DNA of 64,000 nucleotides from Selaginella moellendorffii. Taxonomy: Eukaryota > Plantae > Lycopodiophyta. Positions 36,025 through 45,323 of the stretch are shown piece after piece. The translations under genes and the position numbers were made by a program. Numbering within the stretch: position 1 is the stretch's first letter; every line of letters starts with the position of its first letter. The notes beneath the pieces were generated by a model that saw only the letters and a list, made by a program, of their open reading frames with translations, was not told the origin of the DNA and did not search any database. The DNA lies in contig NW_003314267.1 of NCBI RefSeq assembly GCF_000143415.4, positions 3,617,138 through 3,681,137 on the forward strand. The letters are read 5' to 3'.

Positions 36025-37574
36025 ATGGTGGAAAGGCCTCGGGTTGTGGCTGTGCCATTTCCTATGCAAGGCCATATAAGCCCGCTTCTTCAGCTCTCGT
36101 ATCAACTGGCTGCTGCTGGTATTGACATCACTTTTGTCAACACTTTCAGAAATCACGAGCGACTTGTGGGATCCAGAGAAGTCGTGTCTAAGGTACTTGG
36201 AACTGTTGATGTTCTTGAGCTGCTTAAGTTTTCTTTTCCTCTTTCTCTCTCCAGGAGCATTCTTCCGGAGTTATAACTTTCATGGGCATCTCCGACGGCG
36301 TTGCAGCGAAAGCCTTCGACGGAGGTTTCAACGAGTCCCTCAATGCGTCCCTCGTTGCCTCCGACGAGATGGCGAAGCCCTTTGAGGAACTTCTCTGGAA
36401 ACTGGACGGTGTTAGCTGTGTGATTTCGGACGCTTATCTTGGATGGGCTCAAGCCGTCGCGAACAGATTTGGGGTCCCCAGGGTTGCACTGTGGACGTCC
36501 AACGTTGCTTACTCCCTTGTGAATTATCATCTTCCACTGCTTGTTGAGAAAGGCTATCTTGGAGTAAAAGGTAAGAAATGACCGCATTGTTATGCATATC
36601 TGACGCTTTCCTAAACAGATCCTTCTTCTGTTGGTTTTCTCGACAACCTTGTGACTTGCGTTCCTGGGGTCGAGCCAATTTATGCTCGGGACCTTCCAAC
36701 CGTTCTTCGCTACGACTCTGGGGAAGATCCCGGCTTTGCAAACAGGATTCGCAAGATTCAAGCTCTGAAACATGCATCGTGGGTCCTCGTCAACTCCTTT
36801 GAAGAGCTAGAGAGCGCCGGAGTTGAGTCCATGAGGCGAGAGCTTGGAACGCAGAACTACGTGACAGTCGGGCCACTCCTGGTAGAAGACACAGGGGGCA
36901 GGAAGAGTCTGTGGAGCGAAGACGAGGCATGCTTGAAGTGGCTTGACTCTCAAAAGCCAGGCTCGGTTCTCTACATTTCTTTCGGAAGTATAGCCAGCAT
37001 TGCAGGTGCTCAGATGAGAAGCATTGTGAAAGGGCTGGGGGACACAAGGCAGCCTTTTCTCTGGGCAATGAGAAAAAACTTACTGGTTCCGGACTCCGAC
37101 TACTCAGAGAGATCCTTCCAGGAGTTTATGGGAGCGACTAAGGCACAAGGGCAGGGACTGATCGTGGAATGGGCTCCGCAAGTGAAAGTTCTCCAGCACC
37201 GGGCACTAGGTGGCCACCTATCACATTGCGGATGGAACTCGGTACTGGAGAGCATGGCGATGGGAGTACCGATACTCGGCTGGCCCTGCGTCGCCGAGCA
37301 GACGATGAACTGCAAGAGAATTGCGGAAGACTGGAAGATTGGGCTGAGATTCACGACCGACGACGCAAAGCAGCAGCTTGTGAGCGATGAGGAAGTGGCA
37401 AGAGTCATCAAAAAGCTGTTTTGCGAAGGCGAGGGGCGCGAGATCAAGAAAAGAGCCAGAGAGTTCTCAGCCATTGTGAAAACCGCTGTCAGCCCGGGCG
37501 GATCGTCGCACCGAAACTTGGAGAGGCTTGTCCAGGCGATCAAATTCGGAAGGCTCGGCAAGAACTCTGGCTAA
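36025..37574 (+). CDS. Family-1 UDP-glycosyltransferase, 3 exons (introns 36193-36254 and 36571-36618)
   Basis: FPMQGHISP; WAPQVKVLQHRALGGHLSHCGWNSVLES...VAEQ. Confidence 0.92.
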
Positions 37575-37647
37575 AGTGATGTCCGTACGAGTGAGCTTGT
37601 GGGAATAGGATACTGCAAAGTCAGGCTTTCTCAGTTGACCTCTGGCG

Positions 37648-40600
37648 ATGGCGCTGGCTAGAACAAGATACGAGCGTGCTCGATGGGGTGGTCGTCGGGA
37701 CACTGCGGAGAAGTCAGTTCACAGCATGAGCAGCAGCAGCCTGCAAGCGTTTTATCTCAACACTTTGCAGCTAGAGGCGGATGCAATTGAGTTTGCAGCT
37801 GGGGGGTATGGAAGCATCTTCAAAGGGACAGTGGCAACTGGTTTTCAGATCCCGGAGAGACTGGAAAGAGGCCGGTATTTGCCTTACGGCCAAAAGACGG
37901 ATGAAGCCCCGGATTTCTCCAAGCCATCCGAGAGAGTTCCTGTCGCTGTCAAGAAGATCCGGGAGCCGGAGAACGACGACGAGGTTTTGGAGATGACCAG
38001 GGAAGGAATCAACATGAGAGTTGTCCAAGGGGCAAGAAATGTGGTGACTGTCTACGGGGTTGCTTACAGCAAGGAGCTGGAATGCGTCTGTCTCGTCATG
38101 GAGCTTGTTCAAGGCCCGCAGCTGGATGCGTTTCTCAAGGCACACCATCCTCCGGTTCCAGACGCAGCTTGGTGGAAAACGAAGCTAGAGCTGTTCATGG
38201 AGCTCGTTATTGGGCTATCGGTTTGCCATCAGAATGGTGTCTACCACGGAGACTTGAAAGGCAGCAATGTGCTCGTGGTGGACGAGTCTCGGGTTCCAAA
38301 GTTGATAGACTTCGGCTTCAGTTTCCGGAAACGAGACATAGCTTACCTGAAGGAGACGATAGGTGGTTCACCGTTTTGGGTCAGTCCCGAGCTTTGCGAT
38401 CAAGACGAGCAGAAGGTGCTGCAGGAAGTGATGCGGAATCCTTATCCCTCCGACTTTTACTCTCTCGGCATGACCTTGGTTGAGATGTTTCTCGACGGGG
38501 AGGTGCCGGAACAGCTTTCAGCAGGCTTCATCGAAGAGAAAATCTACGGAGGATTTCCCGTGTCTCTGGAAGTGCCACCCGGTATGGAAGCTTTTGAGCC
38601 AGTTTTTACGAAGCTTTTCCAGGTGGTAGAGGGCTGCTGCATGTCGGATCGCGACGAGAGGATCTCCTTGCAGCAGTGTCTGGCAGAGGTGCAAGCGGCC
38701 TACGATGAGCTTTGCAACATCGGCTGCAGTTTTAATGAGGATTTTCTCCGGGATCCTTCCAAGCTTGCATCTACGGAGGCGTACACAGCAGTGCTTCCAG
38801 CTTTCAAAGCAAAGTTTCCTGGAGTTCCGGATGCTGTTTTCCTTCAACCAGCGGATAACATGGTGGTGGACACGAAGGTAAACACGCTGGTGGATTTGTT
38901 CTGCGACATGGATTACGGGGAAGGCGTAGAAAGCATCGTCAGGTGGAGGTGGTCTATTGTTAAGATCAAGCTGGACGAAGAGGTTCCTCGTTTATGTCGT
39001 CGCTGCGTGCAAGCCGGGAGTCCGAAAGCACTGAAGGTTCTGTGCTCTCGGTGGAGGGAGATTTCTAAACAAGACGAATGGCTACTTCACGAGGCTTGCG
39101 AGGCGGACAGTGCCGAAGTGCTACAAGTTCTTCTTCAGGACTTCAAGATGGACTATAATACTTGGCACCGGAGGTGGCCGCTGAAACCGCTGCACAAGCT
39201 TTCGTACCAAGGCAAAACAGAGATGATGAAGATCGTGTTGGACCGTGCGAAACTTAGTGGGAGAAGGGACTACGTGAACGACGAAATCGCGGGACGGACT
39301 CCACTATACTACGCAGTCGCTGGTGACAAGATAGACGCGGTGTTTTTCTTGCTGGAACAAGGAGCGAACTCGTTGGGCCAGGAGGACGAACTCACTAGCT
39401 CTGATTTTTTGGACAACCTGCTAGGGGCGGCTGCAGAGAGCGTGAGCTTAAATGTGATCGCAGTTCTTTCCGAGGTAAGCAGCTCGTTGAGGACTACAGG
39501 CACTGCGGTTGGGCTTGAAGGAAAGGCCGCTCAGCTTTTCCGAAACCACTATAGCAGCCGTCTTGCGTATCTCAAGATTGAAGGTGATCGCCTGCTCGAA
39601 CTGAAGAAGCACTTGGAAGAATCAAGTCGACGTGGATTGGATGCCTTCAGCTTCGGGTGTTCCAGAGAGGGAAATGCGGAAGTTTTTGAGACGATCGTGT
39701 CGATCAAAGAAACTCCCAGGGACTTGTGGAGGCACTTGATTGGGTACGGAAGCAGGGAAATGGTGGCCTATGCGTTGGATAAGCTGGGATACTTGGCTAC
39801 ATTGGACTTGATCCATCTTGCTTCAAAGCAGGGAAACTTGGAAGTCATGGACTTTCTGACAGTGCTCATGGACAGACGTAAACGGGTTGGCGAAGCAGAG
39901 AAAACTCTCAAGGAGATGCTTGGCGGTTTTCGTGAAACTGAGGAACAAGTTCTAGAGAACAAGCAACAGCTACAGGAAGATGACTTGCAGCTCGGTCAGG
40001 GGAAAGAAGAGCAAACTAAGTTTGATGGAAGTTCCAGCAGCGAAGAAAAGGTTGCCAAAGACGATTTACAGGTACCGGAAGATGAGAAATCTGGCTTACA
40101 AGTGATGGAAGAGCTCGAGGAAGATGAAGTAGAGTCCAGCAGCGAGCTTGTTACTGATGGTGGGGAACTTCCAGAGTTGAAGTTCCGGAGGATGTTCGAC
40201 TACGAATACTGGGACGTGCTCAACGAGTGGACCACGTGCAGGAACATGAACACGGAATGGATACTGGGCGAGTTCCATAGGATTTCTCCAGACTCTTGGA
40301 CGGAAACATCTCAAAAGCTGCTATTGATCGCGGCACAGCTTGGAGACGAAACGATGGTGGAGAAGTTATTGGGAAAGAAAGTATCACCGGATTTCGAAGA
40401 AGAGGATGGAGTGTCACCTTTGTACCAGTCAGTTCTGTGGGAGCATGAAGAGATAGCCCAGATGCTGCTGAGAGCTGGGGCAAACGCGAGCGACTCTTGC
40501 ATGGACGCCGCGTTGGACGTAGGAAACGGGAGCTTGGCTAGACTGCTCATCAAGTTCGGCTTCGATACAGGCAGGAAGAACGGAAGCAACCAGACTTACA

Positions 40601-40695
40601 TGGACTTGATCAAAGTCATGGACGCCAAGAAGGAGGAGTTTCGGGAGAGGTATGAGATGCCGTTTTTCGCAGCGATGCATGGTGAATTTCCATGA
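37648..40695 (+). CDS. Protein kinase (N-terminal, non-RD) fused to C-terminal ankyrin repeats; alternative start 37726
   Basis: GGYGSIF, VAVKK, HGDLKGSN, DFG, WVSPE and SDFYSLG; ankyrin motifs GRTPLYYAV..LLEQGAN, IHLASKQGNLEV and GVSPLYQSV..LLRAGAN; 1015-aa uninterrupted ORF. Confidence 0.88.
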   Translation: MALARTRYERARWGGRRDTAEKSVHSMSSSSLQAFYLNTLQLEADAIEFAAGGYGSIFKGTVATGFQIPERLERGRYLPYGQKTDEAPDFSKPSERVPVAVKKIREPENDDEVLEMTREGINMRVVQGARNVVTVYGVAYSKELECVCLVMELVQGPQLDAFLKAHHPPVPDAAWWKTKLELFMELVIGLSVCHQNGVYHGDLKGSNVLVVDESRVPKLIDFGFSFRKRDIAYLKETIGGSPFWVSPELCDQDEQKVLQEVMRNPYPSDFYSLGMTLVEMFLDGEVPEQLSAGFIEEKIYGGFPVSLEVPPGMEAFEPVFTKLFQVVEGCCMSDRDERISLQQCLAEVQAAYDELCNIGCSFNEDFLRDPSKLASTEAYTAVLPAFKAKFPGVPDAVFLQPADNMVVDTKVNTLVDLFCDMDYGEGVESIVRWRWSIVKIKLDEEVPRLCRRCVQAGSPKALKVLCSRWREISKQDEWLLHEACEADSAEVLQVLLQDFKMDYNTWHRRWPLKPLHKLSYQGKTEMMKIVLDRAKLSGRRDYVNDEIAGRTPLYYAVAGDKIDAVFFLLEQGANSLGQEDELTSSDFLDNLLGAAAESVSLNVIAVLSEVSSSLRTTGTAVGLEGKAAQLFRNHYSSRLAYLKIEGDRLLELKKHLEESSRRGLDAFSFGCSREGNAEVFETIVSIKETPRDLWRHLIGYGSREMVAYALDKLGYLATLDLIHLASKQGNLEVMDFLTVLMDRRKRVGEAEKTLKEMLGGFRETEEQVLENKQQLQEDDLQLGQGKEEQTKFDGSSSSEEKVAKDDLQVPEDEKSGLQVMEELEEDEVESSSELVTDGGELPELKFRRMFDYEYWDVLNEWTTCRNMNTEWILGEFHRISPDSWTETSQKLLLIAAQLGDETMVEKLLGKKVSPDFEEEDGVSPLYQSVLWEHEEIAQMLLRAGANASDSCMDAALDVGNGSLARLLIKFGFDTGRKNGSNQTYMDLIKVMDAKKEEFRERYEMPFFAAMHGEFP

Positions 40696-40898
40696 CGAAG
40701 GTACTGGTCTGTCAATAGTGTCTGTGTCCTAAAAATCTTCTTTTCCTTGCAAGGCCTGATACTATCATAGCCGAAGTCTTTTACGAATTCCTTGCTAGAG
40801 CATCTGGCAGGATCGCTCTCATCCGGGAGCGAGCTTCCTGGATTTCTGCAAGCTCGTGTGGAATGGATTAACTTCTCGCGATCAACATGACCTTTTTA

Positions 40899-41365
40899 TT
40901 GCCGAGAGAGTGTTCAAAGACTCTCCAGGCGATCGGTAAGTCTCTTGCAAAGTTTAGTGCTGTTCCTGACAGTATTTTTCTTTTTTCTTTTCCAGCAAAG
41001 CTCGATGCACTTAGAAGATCAACATGACCGATGAATTGCCGAGAGATTGTTCAAAGACTCTGGAGGCGATCGGTAAGTCTCTTGCAAAGTTTAGTGGTGT
41101 TCCGGACGGTGTTTTTCTTTTTCTTTTCAGCAAGGATCTTTGAATTGCCGAGAGTGTTCAAAGACTCTGGAGGCGACTGGTAAGTCTTTTGCAAAGTTTA
41201 GCGGTGTTCCGGACAGTGTATTTCTTTGTCTTTTCAGCAAAGCTCGATGAACTTCTCGCGACGCAAATGAGATTGACCTCTGTATTTCCTAGAGTATGTG
41301 CAAAGACTCTCGAGGCGATCGGTGAGTCTCCTGCAAAGTTTAGTGGTGTTCCTGACGTGTTTTTC
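40899..41365 (+). repeat. Four tandem exon-intron-like cassettes
   Basis: Core caaagactct..aggcga..g|GT(A/G)AGTct..tgcaaagtttag..gtgttcc.gac repeated four times; three complete 58-60-nt GT..CAG units. Confidence 0.85.
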
Positions 41366-41526
41366 TGTGGTCGATCTATGCGCAAAACTCCGAGAAGACA
41401 CCCCACCCCGTACAGATATCGTACGTGGAATATACCCAACTTACCGTTGGGCTATAGTGTTCTTCGTGGGTGGAATCCATTCGTTCTCGAAGCGAGCGAG
41501 CGAGCGATCGATCGAAGGAGAGAGAG

Positions 41527-42156
41527 ATGGGCGGCGGCGGCGACAAGAAGAAGCTCATGGAACAGGTATTCCATCTCAAGCTCACATCCAAGGGGCTGGT
41601 CCGGCAGGCCAAGAAGTGCGAGGCCGAGGAGGCCAAGGAGAAGCTCAAGATCAAAAAGGCCATGGAGAAGGGCAACGCCGACGGCGCGCGCGTCTACGCC
41701 CAGAACGCCATCCGCAAGCACGCCGAGCAGCTCAACTACCTCCGCCTGGCGTCGCGGCTGGACGCGGTGGTGGCGCGCCTGGCGTCGCAGGCCACCAGCC
41801 AGGGCGTGTGCGGCGCGCTGGCGGGCATCGTCGCCTCCCTCCACGGCGCGCTGGCGGTGGGCAACATGCAGAAGGTGTCGCGCACCATGGACGCGTTCGA
41901 GCGCGCCTTCGTGGGCGTCGAGGTCCAGGCGGCGTTCGTGGAGGGCGCCATGGCCGGGAGCACGTCCCTGGCCACGCCCGAGGAGAGCGTCAGTGGGCTC
42001 ATGCTCCAGGTCGCGGATGCGCACGGCCTCGAGGTGGGCGCGCAGATGCCGCAGCCGGGCATCCATCGGGTGGCCGTGGCTGCGCCGCCGCCACGATCTG
42101 GTGTGTCCGAGGATGAGCTCTGCCGGAGGCTCGCCCAGCTCAAGAACAAGAGCTGA
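41527..42156 (+). CDS. VPS46: ESCRT-III-related CHMP1/Did2/VPS46, intronless
   Basis: LKLTSKGLVRQAKKCE..EKLKIKKAMEKGN.DGARVYAQNAIRK..EQLNYLRLASRLDAV; C-terminal MIM-like DELCRRLAQLK. Confidence 0.92.
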   Translation: MGGGGDKKKLMEQVFHLKLTSKGLVRQAKKCEAEEAKEKLKIKKAMEKGNADGARVYAQNAIRKHAEQLNYLRLASRLDAVVARLASQATSQGVCGALAGIVASLHGALAVGNMQKVSRTMDAFERAFVGVEVQAAFVEGAMAGSTSLATPEESVSGLMLQVADAHGLEVGAQMPQPGIHRVAVAAPPPRSGVSEDELCRRLAQLKNKS

Positions 42157-42351
42157 TCGCACGAAGAATATGCTTTATTTTTAAAAAATTTGAACGTTAG
42201 TGCTTGACACGTTAGCCCTAATTGGACACGGAAGCCCTAAACATGAGCTGATGTGTTACATTGTGTGCCCAATTAGGGCTTATGTAATTAGGTGCCACGT
42301 CTGCCCTAGCCATATGGAGGTTATTCGGTGGGATATTCTACTGCCCCCCCA

Positions 42352-43617
42352 ATGGCTATTGCGCTTATGAATGTGTGCCCTGGAAAATTTCCTGGGAGGA
42401 GAAACGAGGGCTCCCTTGACAGTGAGAAGAATGACTCCTCCCTAGAGCTTGTAGGGAGGCAGCCATGGCCATGGAAGCGCACGGTGCTTGGCGCGCTTGT
42501 GGTAGGCTTTGCTTGTGTGGGGATTAAATCCCAGCATCATGGGCTAGCGCTGGCAACCACCACGAGTTGCGAGAGTGAGAGCTACTATGAAGGAACTCAA
42601 GCTCTCACGGGTACTGCGCTGGAGCTCAAACTCCACCACATTGTCCAGGAGGGACATGATTCAATCTCTTATGTCCAGGTGAGAGAACCTTAACTGGAGA
42701 TTGGTTTTGTAAGAAAAACTTACAAGATAAGCAGGTATGGGAGGCTCTAAAATTTCTAGATGAGGATCCAAGCTCGCCAGATGACATGTAAGACTTACAT
42801 CATTTTACTTAAGATTCTCACAATGTTTTCACTAGAATCGAGATTTACAGCCAAAGAAGTGCTCCAAAAGAACTAGCAGGGAAGATCGATGGCTGGAACA
42901 GCTAAGTCTGTGCAATCAAATCTCCAGAGATGTTGACACTATGAATTCTTTTTCCAGGAGAACATTTGTGGCCACGCTCTTATGGGCTCAAGCAAGGCCA
43001 GCCGGAGTTTACAGACTTACACAACTTAAGGCCAGCCGACACCAATGGTCTCTAAACTTCTTCTTTCCATTTGAGAAGTTTGTTTTTCCAATGATCGCAG
43101 TGATCGCGCAGTGAATTCGTCCAGAAGAAACAAATACTTCGGCGATTGCACTGTGGAGAGCGTGGGCGATTGTCTCGTCCCAGCGAATCGCGAGGCTGGA
43201 GCAGACACCGCCACCGATAAGAAATCGTGGCGTCCCCCCAAAGAGGTAGCCCGCAAACTCCTTGGTTTTGTCCTTGTGGTCCTTGCGATAGAAACAAAAT
43301 AACTCTCACTATAGGTGAGAGGAGACATCGCCCGATCTGTGATGTATATGGCAGTGCGCTACTTTCCCTCTCTACGTCTCTCGAACACTCCGAGCATAGG
43401 TAAAAAGAATTCCTTGGCTGTGTTCCGAATTTCACTTTCGTTTCCTTGCTGGCCAGCAAATGCCGAAATGGGAGTCCTTTCAATGCTTTTGCGCTGGAAT
43501 GATGCAGACCCTCCATCGCCCAGCGAAGAAATCCGTAACTCAAAAGTTTGCGAAAGGTACCAGCACAACCGGAATCCTTTCGTGGACCACCCAGAATTCG
43601 CGCATAGAATATGGTAG
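42352..43617 (+). CDS. Endonuclease I (EndA/NucM, Bacillus Bsn-like extracellular nuclease), multi-exon
   Basis: Spliced motifs WEALKFLDED, WNREHLWPRSYG, TDLHNLRPAD..VNSSRRNK, RGDIARSVMYMAVRY, LLRWN..DPPS..E..RN and QHNRNPFVDHPE. Confidence 0.85.
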
Positions 43618-43792
43618 AATTTAGGGTTAACAGAGGAGGACGAAGCATCTTATTCAAACGCAAAAATATTCAAATAGAATTTAGGGCTTAGAGAAGCATC
43701 TTATTTGAACGCAGGAATATTCTCCCTGCTCAAACATGCTAATTTAGAGTCTCCTTCGCGCCATTATTCGCACACACACACTTACACTCTTG

Positions 43793-45163
43793 CTAGTTAA
43801 ACTGTTCTTCGTCGGCAGTGACTTTGTAGCTCTTGAACACCCACTTTCCATTCTCGTCTCGGATCACATCGTTGTTCTCCACCACCCACCAACTATCTGG
43901 CACAGTCGGGTTCCTGAGAGCGTTGGAGAATTTGTTCACGAGCTCCAGCTGGTGGTGCTTGAGCGCCGGATCAAACTTGTAGTCGATGAGATGGAAGTAG
44001 ACCTGGAGATCGTGGAACTGGCCGAGCGCCAAGGTCGGGAAGCTGAGATGTGGCGAGTCCGGCGTGTTGAGCGATAGCTCGTCGTCGGTGTGGACGTATC
44101 CCCAGAGAATGGGAGGCACCAGCGTGACAACGTCGGGAAGGTTGCCGATACGCAGGATCCTGAGACCCTCTACGTTCTTCACCGCTGCGCGGAACTCCAA
44201 GTTGCCCACCCGCGGCGACGCGAAAGGGAACGCGGTCACTGGGATGGTGGCGCCGCTCAGAGGATTCCTGTTCTTCTTCTCGTTGGCGATGTCGTAGGCG
44301 CACACGGTGGCTATGGCCGCTCCCAGGCTGTGTCCCGTCACAGTGATGCTCAGCTCGTCGTCCTTGTAGAGATCGATGAGCTTGCACACCGCTTCCATGA
44401 CTTGCTGCCTGGCCGAGAGCTTTCCCAGCCCAGTCGCGTCCGCCGCATTGATGCTCGTGTAAGGAACCACCCACCGGTTGCCAATCGTTATCTTGTTCCA
44501 CGGGAGGTTGGAGTGGATGTCGCGCACCGCCGTGATGACTCCTCCAGCGATTCCACCGAGAAGGCCGAAGCCTTTGCGAGCCGGCGGCTGCTCTGCCTGT
44601 GCTGGAGTGGCGGCGGCTGTCGCGATTTCTTCCGGGGTGGCGTCCAGCGGAGGGAGACCGGACATGGTGTCGAAGAAGCTGGTCGGCTTGCTCGTCATGT
44701 TTGCCTGGAAGAAGTTGAGGAGGTTGCTGGCCCATTCGATGTCTTGCTGCGTCCCCCGGAACACGATCACGATGTCTCTCCTCCCGATCCTGCGGGTCTC
44801 CTCGTCGTCCGACACGGCCACGAATCCAAACCAGCTGGTTGCGGGGCCAGTGAAGTCGACGACAGCCTCCACGACCTTCCCGACCAGGCTCTCGAGCAGA
44901 GTGGTGCAGTAGAGGAACTTGTGGATCTTGTATCCAGGCGCGACGTGGACTTTGTCGAGGAGCTGCGACTTGCCGTAGCGGCTGTAGCCCAGGACTTTGG
45001 AACGAGGATTACTGTTGAAGGAGCTGTATACTGCGTCGACGAACTGGCCATAGCGGATGAGCTCCACCGCGAGCTCCTCGTCCAGAGGATCCAGCAACCC
45101 CGCCCAGTGAGCTTCGCCTTGCACAGCCCTCCACTTGTTAGCAAGCTTGGAGAAAGTAGTCAT
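43793..45163 (-). CDS. Phospholipase A1 (DAD1-like, lipase class 3), intronless
   Basis: W.GLLDPLD..L..ELIRYGQF, GRRDIVIVFRGT, SITVTGHSLG, FASPRVGN and WWVVEN. Confidence 0.92.
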   Translation of the reverse strand: MTTFSKLANKWRAVQGEAHWAGLLDPLDEELAVELIRYGQFVDAVYSSFNSNPRSKVLGYSRYGKSQLLDKVHVAPGYKIHKFLYCTTLLESLVGKVVEAVVDFTGPATSWFGFVAVSDDEETRRIGRRDIVIVFRGTQQDIEWASNLLNFFQANMTSKPTSFFDTMSGLPPLDATPEEIATAAATPAQAEQPPARKGFGLLGGIAGGVITAVRDIHSNLPWNKITIGNRWVVPYTSINAADATGLGKLSARQQVMEAVCKLIDLYKDDELSITVTGHSLGAAIATVCAYDIANEKKNRNPLSGATIPVTAFPFASPRVGNLEFRAAVKNVEGLRILRIGNLPDVVTLVPPILWGYVHTDDELSLNTPDSPHLSFPTLALGQFHDLQVYFHLIDYKFDPALKHHQLELVNKFSNALRNPTVPDSWWVVENNDVIRDENGKWVFKSYKVTADEEQFN

Positions 45164-45323
45164 GCTGTGCGAAACAATGCAATGCTCGAAGAACCATGCA
45201 CTAACCTGATCTATATGTACATGTAAAAGTGTGGACCGTATCGTTTGCTTTTGTGTACAGTGTCTGGTTGCTTTTGTGTTCACGTGAATAGCGTGAGCAC
45301 ATGGTCGAGAGCTTACTCCGCTA

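Noticed and set aside
40899-41365. CRISPR-like repeat/spacer appearance
   Set aside because: Repeats are about 85 bp, imperfect and carry spliceosomal signals; the spacers are related to each other; the context is eukaryotic with no cas genes
41189-42184. 331-aa ORF overlapping VPS46
   Set aside because: It starts in the repeat cassette and runs out of frame through the GC-rich CHMP1 gene; low-complexity Arg/Trp/Pro product
43615-43722. About 60-bp imperfect direct repeat between the convergent nuclease and lipase genes
   Set aside because: Two-copy local duplication with no further structure
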